Assembly (NCBI GenBank): GCA_035710225.1
Contig: DASTDT010000080.1
Location: 1 to 48,982 of the forward strand
DNA: 48,982 nucleotides
DNA from: Sphingomicrobium sp.
Lineage (GTDB): Bacteria > Pseudomonadota > Alphaproteobacteria > Sphingomonadales > Sphingomonadaceae
Direction of reading: 5' to 3'
In this document: positions 13,041 through 21,233 of the stretch, one piece after another
Position numbering within the stretch: position 1 is the first letter of the stretch
Layout of the letters: every line of letters begins with the position of its first letter
Program-made: the position numbers and the translations under genes
Notes under the pieces: generated by a model
What the model was told of the DNA's origin: nothing
The model's database searches: none
The model's input: the letters and a program-made list of their open reading frames with translations, nothing else

Positions 13041-13603
13041 AACGAACCGATGCGGTTTGCCAGCCACCCGTAGAGGAAAGCTTCGTTGGCCGGGCGCCGC
13101 TCGGCGAGGCGGAGGTAGCGCTCGCCCTGGAGCGCCTCCAACGCGCGAAGCAGCACCTGCCCGCCGGCGGCTTGACTGCGAACGCGGAGGAAGCGATCGA
13201 GTGCGCCGAGCGTCGCTGGCCCAATTCGCCCGTCTGGCACCAGATCGGGGAAGTCGGAGCCGCCGCGATTAAGCGCGGTCAGCGCGCGCTGGAGGAAGGT
13301 GACGGCTACCCCCGGGCCCATATTTACCCCGGTGTCGAACAATTCGGCAGCGATTAGCGGCACGCGGTTCGCGACCTTGTCGAAGCCCGGCCGAAGCCAG
13401 TAGATCCGCCGGTAGATCGCCTTGGCTTCCTCCACCGGAAGCTTGGCGATCGCGCCGCGATAGCCGTGCGCCCGGGCGACCGCCTCGGTGATGCCAAATC
13501 GGGTCGGCCCGCCGCGGTCGGCGGGATGATCGACGAAACCGCCCTCGCGGTCGATCAACTCGTCGAGAAGTACGTCGATCGCGGCACCGCCGTTGGTGGT
13601 CAT
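13037..13603 (-). CDS. Glycoside hydrolase family 108 muramidase (endolysin) with C-terminal peptidoglycan-binding domain
   Basis: REGGFVDHPADRGGPTRFGIT catalytic motif, FDTGVNMG, LQRAL...DGRIGPAT and FLYGWLANRI. GGAGG SD before ATG 13603. No signal peptide. Confidence 0.92.
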   Translation of the reverse strand: MTTNGGAAIDVLLDELIDREGGFVDHPADRGGPTRFGITEAVARAHGYRGAIAKLPVEEAKAIYRRIYWLRPGFDKVANRVPLIAAELFDTGVNMGPGVAVTFLQRALTALNRGGSDFPDLVPDGRIGPATLGALDRFLRVRSQAAGGQVLLRALEALQGERYLRLAERRPANEAFLYGWLANRIGSL

Positions 13604-13809
13604 AATTCTGCCTCCGATTCGGGGAACTAACCTATACGGTTTGTTGTAGGAAAGTCTTTTATCCAATCTTTGGAATTCGGCAGCGCTGTCCGTTGGTCGA
13701 AAATCGGCAAGTGTGGCTCGGCGGTCACTTGCTAGCGCGGCAATCGGGCGGCAGTGTCCCACGATTGTAACGCGGACCGCCCGACGCGGCCGTTGGGGAG
13801 GGGAAAATC

Positions 13810-15687
13810 ATGGCACTTCGCAACCATCTCGCGCTCACGCTCGCCGCCACTGCGCTTACCGCCATCGCCGCGCCGGCCTCGGCCCAGCAGATCGATCGCA
13901 TCGTCGCCGTTGGCGACAGCTATGCCGACGAAGGCAATTTCTTCGAGCTGCTCGGGATCAATCCAGCGACCACGACGATCTACACCAGCGGGCGCTTCTC
14001 CGGCACGACCAATTACATCGACACGCTGTCGCAAATTCTCGGCGTCCCAGTCGAGAATTTCGCCATCGGCGGGGCCATGGCGCAGACATTCCCGGGTGGC
14101 GCGGCCAACACCAACTGCCTCGGCATTCCAGCTTCCTGCCCGCTCGGCTTCACCTACGAAGTGGACCAGTTCCTCAACGTCGGCACGCAGTCGACCGCGT
14201 TCCCGGCCGGCACGCCGACGTTCGATGAAGGCGATCTATTGACCGTCTCCATCGGCGGCAACGACGCGCGCTTCTATCAATTAACCGGCGGCACTCTGGC
14301 CGGCGCGACCACCTCGGCGGCGATTTCGGCCGCGGCGGCAACGACCCAGCTAGACCGGCTGGTCGCTGCTGGAGCGCCGACGATCAGCTTCCTCGCCGGC
14401 GATACCGGGCGGCTTCCCGAGGTCACGGCGGGGTCGACCGAGGCGCAGATCCGAAGCACCTTTTCGACCGCCTTCAACACCAGCCTGCAATCGACACTCG
14501 CGGGCTATGCCGCCGACGGCGTCATCGTTCATTACCTCGATCTCAATCTGATGCTCGATAACGTCATCGCCAATCCCACGGCGTACGGCATTACCAAGGG
14601 CCTGGTGTGCCCGGCATTCACCCCGCCGACCCCCGCCTCGTCGACCTGCGTGCTCGATCCGACCGGCTATCTGTTCTACGGCGACAACGTTCACCTCACC
14701 GGCACCGGCTTCGCAATCATCGCGCAATATGTCGCGACCCAGCTTGCCGCGCCGCTGACTCTGCAGGGCGCGAGCGACCTCGGCATGGACTCGGCCCGCC
14801 TGTTCAGCCGAGCTCTGACTGCGCGCATGGACCTCGGCGCACCGCGCGACGGCGGGCTTCCCGAGGGACTCAAATTCTTCATCGGCGGCGACAGCTTCTC
14901 GCGCAGCGCCAACGAAAGCCGCGGCAATTCGCCGTTCGACGTCAATTCCATCGGCGCCACCGCGGGGGTCGAATATGGCTTCGGCAGCGGCGTGGTCGGC
15001 GTTGCCGCGAACATCAGCCGCCCCGAGCTCGATTTCGGCGGTCACACCTCCGAGGTCGACGGCCGTTCGACCCAGATCGGCGTCTATGGGGCGATGAGCC
15101 TCGCCGGCGGTTTCATCCAGGGCTATCTCGGCGCCGGCTGGGACGATTACGAGATCACCCGCACCGGCGTGGTCGAGAACATGGACGCCGACGTCGATGG
15201 CGACCATGTGCTTGCCGGCGCAAAGGCCGGTTACCTGATGCCGATCTGGTTCTTCCGGGCCGGCCCGGTCGCCGCGCTCGACTATGCCAAGGTCAACGTC
15301 GAGGGCTACACCGAAGACGGCGATCCGGCGCTGACCCTCAACGTCTCTGACGCCGACTTTTCGTCGCTTCGCGGCAGCATCGGCATCGAGGGTCGCACCG
15401 ACTTTTCGGGCGATGGCGTGCAGTTCCGGCCCTATGGCTCGTTTATGTACGAGAAGGAGCTCGGCGACGGCGACCGCTCGATCAGCTTCGCGCAGACGTC
15501 GGCGCCGGGAATCGTCAATACGTTCGACTTCGACAGCGTCTCGAAGAAGGGCTATTTCCGGGCGTCGAGCGGGCTTAACGCGCAGATCCTCGACAACATC
15601 CAGCTGACCGCCGGAATCTCGCGGACGATGGGCAAGAAGCAGGGCAATGAGACGTCGGGCCACCTCGCCATCAAGGTCGGCTTCTGA
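13810..15687 (+). CDS. SGNH/GDSL esterase autotransporter (EstA-like)
   Basis: Signal peptide, GDSY block I, NFAIGGA, IGGND and DNVH. C-terminal autotransporter beta-barrel ending in Phe. Confidence 0.9.
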   Translation: MALRNHLALTLAATALTAIAAPASAQQIDRIVAVGDSYADEGNFFELLGINPATTTIYTSGRFSGTTNYIDTLSQILGVPVENFAIGGAMAQTFPGGAANTNCLGIPASCPLGFTYEVDQFLNVGTQSTAFPAGTPTFDEGDLLTVSIGGNDARFYQLTGGTLAGATTSAAISAAAATTQLDRLVAAGAPTISFLAGDTGRLPEVTAGSTEAQIRSTFSTAFNTSLQSTLAGYAADGVIVHYLDLNLMLDNVIANPTAYGITKGLVCPAFTPPTPASSTCVLDPTGYLFYGDNVHLTGTGFAIIAQYVATQLAAPLTLQGASDLGMDSARLFSRALTARMDLGAPRDGGLPEGLKFFIGGDSFSRSANESRGNSPFDVNSIGATAGVEYGFGSGVVGVAANISRPELDFGGHTSEVDGRSTQIGVYGAMSLAGGFIQGYLGAGWDDYEITRTGVVENMDADVDGDHVLAGAKAGYLMPIWFFRAGPVAALDYAKVNVEGYTEDGDPALTLNVSDADFSSLRGSIGIEGRTDFSGDGVQFRPYGSFMYEKELGDGDRSISFAQTSAPGIVNTFDFDSVSKKGYFRASSGLNAQILDNIQLTAGISRTMGKKQGNETSGHLAIKVGF

Positions 15688-15722
15688 TCCCGGCTACCAT
15701 GCCCGCGAAGTCTTGACTTCGC

Positions 15723-15742
15723 GGGCGCAAAAGCGCCCTTTT
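15723..15742 (+). terminator. Probable intrinsic terminator after the autotransporter gene
   Basis: GGGCGC-AAAA-GCGCCC followed by TTTT. Overlaps a stronger upstream hairpin (15701-15726). Confidence 0.5.
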
Positions 15743-15780
15743 CGTTTCGGCTCCGGCTCGGCGGAGCGAGGGAGGGGCAT

Positions 15781-16251
15781 ATGGACGAGATGACCGATCG
15801 CACGATCGCAACAACCACGCCGGTCCACCTTTGGATCATCGGCGGGCTCGGGGCATTGTGGAATGCCTTTGGCGCCTATGACTATCTGATGACCCGAATG
15901 CGCAACACCGATTACTTCGCGTCGATGATGCCGGGCGTCGATCCGCAAGAGATCCTCGCCTGGGTCGACGCCTTCCCGATCTGGGCACAGTTCGGCTGGG
16001 GCCTTGGCGTGTGGGGCGGCCTGCTCGGCTGCGTCCTGCTGCTGATGCGCAACCGCTGGGCGGTACTGGTGCTCGGCCTGTCGGCGCTCGGCGCCGCGCT
16101 TGGCCTCGGCTACCAGATCGCGCTGGCGCCGCCCGCGCCGGGCGGGATGAGCGAAGGCGCCGCGGCGATCATGCCGTGGGTGATCATCGCCATCGCCATC
16201 GGACTGTTCCTCTACGCCCGGGCAATGCGCGACAGGGGCGTGCTGCGCTAG
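15781..16251 (+). CDS. Hypothetical 4-TM membrane protein
   Basis: GGAGG SD, four hydrophobic segments and a WNAFGAYDY motif. Confidence 0.75.
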   Translation: MDEMTDRTIATTTPVHLWIIGGLGALWNAFGAYDYLMTRMRNTDYFASMMPGVDPQEILAWVDAFPIWAQFGWGLGVWGGLLGCVLLLMRNRWAVLVLGLSALGAALGLGYQIALAPPAPGGMSEGAAAIMPWVIIAIAIGLFLYARAMRDRGVLR

Positions 16252-16252
16252 G

Positions 16253-17854
16253 CTAGTTCGCCGCCGCCGCCGCCCGCTTCTGCTCCGCCACCATCGCCGC
16301 GATGTCGGCGAGCAGCGCGGGCGCGTCGTAGACGATGCCGTCCTTGATGGTGAACTTGACCCCGCCGACGCGAGTCACCTTGCCGTCGCGGCCAAGCTTC
16401 TCGAAGCCGGTGCCGTATAGCGTCTTGAAATTGTGGAGCGGGTTTTCCGGCGCAATGACGAGGTCGGCGAGCATTCCGGCGCGAACCGTCCCGAACGGCG
16501 CGGGCGTGCCCTTGGGCCGGTAGATTTCATAGGCCCCGTCGCTGGTCGCCGCGCGGATCACCTCCAGAGGGGTGAAACCGGCTTCCTGCAGCATCTCCAT
16601 CTCGCCGACGTAGGAGAAGCCCCAATTCTGGTAGATGTAGCCGGGATCGGAGCCCAGCGTGACCTTGCCGCCCATATTCTTGTAGTCGTTCATCAGCCGC
16701 ATGTAGGGGCCGTAAAACTTGCGCCAGGCGACTTCCTTGGCAGTGGTCCAGTCGTACCAGTAGCTGCCATGACTGACCCGGCTCGGCTGGAAGAAGCCCG
16801 CCAGGCTCGGAAGCGTATATTTCTCGTGCCATTCGGCGGTGCGCGCGCGCATCACGTCGCGTGACGCGGAATAGATGTTGAGCGTCGGGTTGAAGACGAC
16901 CCCGCGCGCCAGCTGCTCGCGCAAATAGGCCTCCCATTCCGGCCCGCCCGGCTCGTGGATGTGGTTGATCAGCTGGGTCAGCTCGTAGAAGCGGTCCTGC
17001 TCGTCATACATATTATAATCGGCCGGGTAGCGCGGCAGGCTCGAATCGCGGAGCAGGCTTTCGAAATGGCCGTAAAAATGCGTGATCGTGCCGAGCCCGA
17101 GCTCGCCGGCGGTGCGCGCATTGACCTGGGCCACCCCCGACTGGCCGAGATGGGCGACGCTGCCGAGCCCGAGCTTGTTGGCCTCGTCGAGCGCTGCGGC
17201 CGTCACTTCCCGCGTCTCGCTGTTGAACAGCTTCATCCCGTCATAGCCGGCCTTCTTCGCCCACCGCACCCACGCCCGCGCCTTGGCCGGGCTGTCGATG
17301 TCGCCGCCGTTCCACACGTCCCCGAGCGCGGCGTAGGCAAACAGCCGTGGCGCGACGATCGTATTCGCGGCGCTGCGCTGCTTGTCGGAAAGCGATTGGT
17401 CCCCGGGACCGAAGTAGAGCCCCACGCCGCGCACCGCGGTGACCCCGTGCGCTAGCCATAATTTATAACCGTAGCCGGCATTGGGGGCCTTGGCCGGATC
17501 GCCATTGTGGCCGTGATTGTCGACGAAGCCGGGCATGACGTACATGCCGGTGGCGTCGATCTCGCGGACCGCGTCGCGCGGTGGGCGCTGGGCCTCGAGC
17601 GGCAGGCCCGGCGTCCCCGCCCCGGCCACCGACGTGATCCGATTGCCCTGGATGACGATGTCGACCGGCCCGCGCGGCGGCGCGCCGCTGCCATCGATCA
17701 GCGTTGCGCCGCGGATCACGAGCTTGGTGTACGGCCCCTCGCCTTCGCCCGCGCGGCGGTCGGGGACCCGCTCCATGCCACGCTCGGCCGGCTGGGCCGC
17801 CAGTGCCGGAGCGCTCGCGGCCAACGCCGCACCGATGAGCAGTCGCCACATCAT
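16253..17854 (-). CDS. Secreted amidohydrolase family protein
   Basis: Signal peptide (MMWRLL...), MPGFVDNHGH metal motif, LGSDPG, GFTPLEVIRAAT and GMLADLV. Confidence 0.88.
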   Translation of the reverse strand: MMWRLLIGAALAASAPALAAQPAERGMERVPDRRAGEGEGPYTKLVIRGATLIDGSGAPPRGPVDIVIQGNRITSVAGAGTPGLPLEAQRPPRDAVREIDATGMYVMPGFVDNHGHNGDPAKAPNAGYGYKLWLAHGVTAVRGVGLYFGPGDQSLSDKQRSAANTIVAPRLFAYAALGDVWNGGDIDSPAKARAWVRWAKKAGYDGMKLFNSETREVTAAALDEANKLGLGSVAHLGQSGVAQVNARTAGELGLGTITHFYGHFESLLRDSSLPRYPADYNMYDEQDRFYELTQLINHIHEPGGPEWEAYLREQLARGVVFNPTLNIYSASRDVMRARTAEWHEKYTLPSLAGFFQPSRVSHGSYWYDWTTAKEVAWRKFYGPYMRLMNDYKNMGGKVTLGSDPGYIYQNWGFSYVGEMEMLQEAGFTPLEVIRAATSDGAYEIYRPKGTPAPFGTVRAGMLADLVIAPENPLHNFKTLYGTGFEKLGRDGKVTRVGGVKFTIKDGIVYDAPALLADIAAMVAEQKRAAAAAN

Positions 17855-17855
17855 C

Positions 17856-19388
17856 TCACCGCCCCCGGATGAATGCGCGGACATCGGCGCTGAGCTGCCT
17901 GCGGTCGGGATCGCGGACGTACATCATGTGACCCGACTGATAGTAGGTGTAGCGTACCCTGTCCTGCGGGATTCCGGTCCGCGACAGCGCATATTCGGCG
18001 GCGAAGAACGGGGTCGCGAAATCATAATAACCCTGGGCGACGAGGATCTTCAGCCCGCTGTTCTCGCGCAACGCCTGGCCAAGATAGGGCGTGACGTTGA
18101 GGTAGGCGTTTTCGTCGCGCCCGCCGATCCGCCAGTCCCATTCGCCAAGCCGTCCGATCGACTGGTACTCGCGGTCGGTCTTGAAGCCCAACGGCCCGCG
18201 GGACCAGGCATTGACCGCGGCGGTGTAACCGGCGTCGATCCCGTAGAAGCTGGGATCGTTGTCGACATTCTCCCCGGCGCTGTCGAAATCCTTGCCGGTG
18301 TAACGGGCGTCGAGCCGGCCGACGGTCAGCCCGCGGTCGCGCAGCAACTGCTTGTAGAAGCGACCGGCTGTGACGCGCAGATCCGCGCTCTCGAGATAAG
18401 TCTCGGAGAGCCCCGTGAAGCGCGCCAGCTGGCGGCGGATAACGGCCCGCTCCTCGGCGCTGGCCTTCTGGCCCTTGAGGAGGAAGGCGGCATAAGGGCC
18501 GATCGCCCAGTTGCGCGCCTCGTCTACGAACTGCTCGAGCGAAGCGGCCTCCGCCTTGCCGTGGAAATGCGCTGCAGCGGCCATCGACGGCAAGGTGGTG
18601 ATGTAGCTCAGCTCGTTGCCCGGCGTGTCGGCCCCGGCAGCGAAATCGAGCACCGTCGAGATGAGGATGATGCCGTTCAGGGCTACGTCGTTGTAGGTGG
18701 CGTTCATCAGCTGGTTGGCGACCGCCGCGCTGCGCGTCGTGCCGTAGCTTTCGCCGCCGAGGAACTTGGGGCTGTTCCAGCGGCCATTGTCGCCGATCCA
18801 GCGGCGGATCACTTCGGCGACGAGCTTTGCGTCCTGGGTAACGCCGTAATAGTCCTTGGGGTCGGCCTTGCCGATCAGCCGCGAGAATCCGGTCCCCGGC
18901 GGGTCGATGAACACCAGGTCCGTAACGTCGAGCAGCGAGTCCGGATTGTCGAGAATGGGGTAAGGCGGCGCGCCGTCGTCGCGCGCGTCCGAGGGGATGG
19001 CGACCCGCTTCGGCCCGAAGGCGCCCATCTGCAGCCATACCGAGCCCGAGCCCGGTCCGCCGTTAAACAGGAACGTGATCGGCCGATTGGGATCGCGCGG
19101 CTCACGCACGTAGGCGGTGGTCACCACCGCGACCTCGGCAACCCCGTCCTTGTTCTTGACGATGGTCTCGCCGATGGTCGCCGAATAGCGCATCCGCTGC
19201 CCGCCGAAGTTGCCCTGGTGGACCGTCCGCACTACCTGCGGCACGACTTCCTCGGGCTTGTCGGGCTTCGGCTTGGCAGCGGCGGTGCTGGGGGTGGCGG
19301 GGTTCGCGGCGGCCTTGTCCTGCGCCATTGCCATGGTCGGGAACAGGAACGCGGCTGCGGCCAGCGCCAAAGCGGGTGTCGGCTTCAT
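17856..19388 (-). CDS. Serine carboxypeptidase S10 family, secreted
   Basis: Signal peptide, FNGGPGS, GESYG nucleophile and SGHMMY. Confidence 0.92.
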   Translation of the reverse strand: MKPTPALALAAAAFLFPTMAMAQDKAAANPATPSTAAAKPKPDKPEEVVPQVVRTVHQGNFGGQRMRYSATIGETIVKNKDGVAEVAVVTTAYVREPRDPNRPITFLFNGGPGSGSVWLQMGAFGPKRVAIPSDARDDGAPPYPILDNPDSLLDVTDLVFIDPPGTGFSRLIGKADPKDYYGVTQDAKLVAEVIRRWIGDNGRWNSPKFLGGESYGTTRSAAVANQLMNATYNDVALNGIILISTVLDFAAGADTPGNELSYITTLPSMAAAAHFHGKAEAASLEQFVDEARNWAIGPYAAFLLKGQKASAEERAVIRRQLARFTGLSETYLESADLRVTAGRFYKQLLRDRGLTVGRLDARYTGKDFDSAGENVDNDPSFYGIDAGYTAAVNAWSRGPLGFKTDREYQSIGRLGEWDWRIGGRDENAYLNVTPYLGQALRENSGLKILVAQGYYDFATPFFAAEYALSRTGIPQDRVRYTYYQSGHMMYVRDPDRRQLSADVRAFIRGR

Positions 19389-19481
19389 CGATCATGGTCC
19401 CCCAAGATTAGGGGCGAACGCTAGGGGGCAGTGCGCGGCTCGACAAGCGCGCCGGTCGAACGAATCGCGCCGCCGATCGAG

Positions 19482-19829
19482 TTACCAGCGCCGGGTCGGG
19501 ACATTCTTGCCCCACTGGGTCTGGTCGCGCTGGCGCTTCCACTCCCTGACCATGCAGCCAGTCCAGCCGCCGGGCCCGACGGCGCTGCACGAGCCAGTGC
19601 CCGTCTCGCCCTCCTCGGCCCAAGCGTGGCGTTCGCGCATCACGCTCATCGTCTCGCCGGCGGGATCGAACTGCTTGCGCTCCGGCAGGCGATAGGGCGA
19701 GCGGCCGCGCGGGGCGCAGACAATCACCTCATCCGGGTCGAGCGACTTGCATTCCCGCCGCGCGACTTCGCTGCTTACCGCCTTGCCGATGTCCGGCTCC
19801 GCCTGGAGCAGGAGAAGCGCCGCGATCAC
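19482..19829 (-). CDS. Small secreted Cys-motif hypothetical protein
   Basis: GTG start MIAALLLLQA. EVIVC...YRLP...GSCSAVGPGGWTGC pattern. Lies between two same-strand genes. Confidence 0.6.
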   Translation of the reverse strand: MIAALLLLQAEPDIGKAVSSEVARRECKSLDPDEVIVCAPRGRSPYRLPERKQFDPAGETMSVMRERHAWAEEGETGTGSCSAVGPGGWTGCMVREWKRQRDQTQWGKNVPTRRW

Positions 19830-19851
19830 CCCTTGGCCCCCGCCGCTTCCG

Positions 19852-21147
19852 TCAGCCGACCGCGGCAATCCGCGCCGGCGGTCCGAACATCTGCGGCATG
19901 GCCAGCGCGTCGAAGCCATAGGGATCGGGGCGGAACAGCACGCCGCCCTCGCCGCCCGGGGCGACGGTGAGGTAGGTCATGTAGATCGGCACCGGACGGG
20001 GCAGGTCGATGCGCTGCTCGGGCTCCGGCCCGACCGGCGGCATGCGCCCGAATACCCAGGACGCGAAGCGACGGTAGTCCTCGAGCCGGACGCAGCCGTT
20101 GCTGATCCAGCGGTCGTCCTTGGCGAACAATTCCTTCACCGGGGTATCGTGAAGGTAGATGCCGTAATCGTTAGGCATTTCAAACTTCATTTCGCCCATC
20201 GAATTCCACGGCCCGGGCAGCTGGCGGACGAGCAGCGTCGGCTTCTTCTTGCCCGCGGCGATCGCCTTCCAGTCGACCGTCTTGGGATCGACCACGCGGC
20301 CGGCGCCGGTCCAGTCGGACAGCACCTCGTAATGGAAGTCGTCGAAATAGGAGACGCCTTGCTCCTTGACCTTCTTGGCGGTCAGCGTGCGCACCATTTC
20401 CGGCGGCACGTGCCAGTAGGGGTTGGCCTTGGCGTTCTTCATCAACACCGCCATCATCGGCGTCTTGGTAGCGTTCGAGCCGACGATTACGCGCATCTTG
20501 TCGACCATCCGGTCGCGGGCGAACAAATAGGTCTCGGCCGACCCCGAATCGACCACCACGTAGCGGTCGAAGGTGCCGGTCTGCGGCAGTCGGTAGGCAC
20601 GCTCCATGTTGATCGCGATCCGCCGCGCGTAATGGACGACCCCGCGGTTCAAGGAAGCGATAGTCGCCTTGCCGGCGATTCCGTCGGCGGGCCCAAGCCC
20701 GTGCACCCGCTGGTAGGCCGACACGCGCTGGAACAGGAATTCGTCGTAGCCGCCGCCCGGCGGTAGCCCGAGGCGGGTGCGCAGCAAGGCAACGCGCTTG
20801 CCGGTCGAGCCGCGCTTGAGCGCCGCCCCCGCCGGGATCTGCACTTGCGGCAGTCGGCCCCAGCTCATCTGGTAACGCTGCAGTCCGTCGGCCAGCGCGA
20901 GGAACATCGGGTTGGGCGCCGAGCGCCGTTCGCCGGCGCCGGGGCGGAAGATCCGCGCCAGCCAGTTCTGCGGCCGCTGGTGGCGCCGGGCGACGCTCGA
21001 CATTTCTGGGTCGACATAGACGAAGTCGATGCCCTGGCGGACGGTGCGCGGAACTGCGACCGGCTCGTCCCCGCGATACTGGGCGACCACCGGGGTCGCG
21101 GTCGAAAAGGCCGCGAGGGCCAGCAGCAACTTCACTGATGTGCGCAT
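19852..21147 (-). CDS. L,D-transpeptidase (YcbB/LdtD-like) with PG-binding domain
   Basis: Signal peptide, YQRVHGL...DGIAGKAT PG-binding motif, NPYWHVP, RQLPGPWNSMG and IYLHDTP...SNGCVRL (YkuD His/Cys). Confidence 0.92.
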   Translation of the reverse strand: MRTSVKLLLALAAFSTATPVVAQYRGDEPVAVPRTVRQGIDFVYVDPEMSSVARRHQRPQNWLARIFRPGAGERRSAPNPMFLALADGLQRYQMSWGRLPQVQIPAGAALKRGSTGKRVALLRTRLGLPPGGGYDEFLFQRVSAYQRVHGLGPADGIAGKATIASLNRGVVHYARRIAINMERAYRLPQTGTFDRYVVVDSGSAETYLFARDRMVDKMRVIVGSNATKTPMMAVLMKNAKANPYWHVPPEMVRTLTAKKVKEQGVSYFDDFHYEVLSDWTGAGRVVDPKTVDWKAIAAGKKKPTLLVRQLPGPWNSMGEMKFEMPNDYGIYLHDTPVKELFAKDDRWISNGCVRLEDYRRFASWVFGRMPPVGPEPEQRIDLPRPVPIYMTYLTVAPGGEGGVLFRPDPYGFDALAMPQMFGPPARIAAVG

Positions 21148-21193
21148 GAAAAATCGCGCCGCAGGCGGCGCTCCCGATTAGGTCTGGTATTCC

Positions 21194-21218
21194 AACGCCC
21201 TGCCCGCCCGAGAGTTTC
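21194..21218 (-). promoter_or_regulatory. ECF (EcfG-like) promoter candidate upstream of the L,D-transpeptidase
   Basis: Minus strand GAAAC-N16-CGTT, one mismatch to GGAAC-N16/17-CGTT. Confidence 0.5.
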
Positions 21219-21233
21219 GCTCGCCTGAACGGT

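Noticed and set aside
12133-13603. Calling the lysis genes a prophage
   Set aside because: No structural, replication or integration genes and no att repeats; both flanks are ordinary chromosomal genes.
13627-13640. CTAACCTATACGGT resembling the CtrA-like boxes at 35.7-35.9 kb
   Set aside because: Spacing is off by one, the second half-site is missing, and the orientation is opposite relative to the gene.
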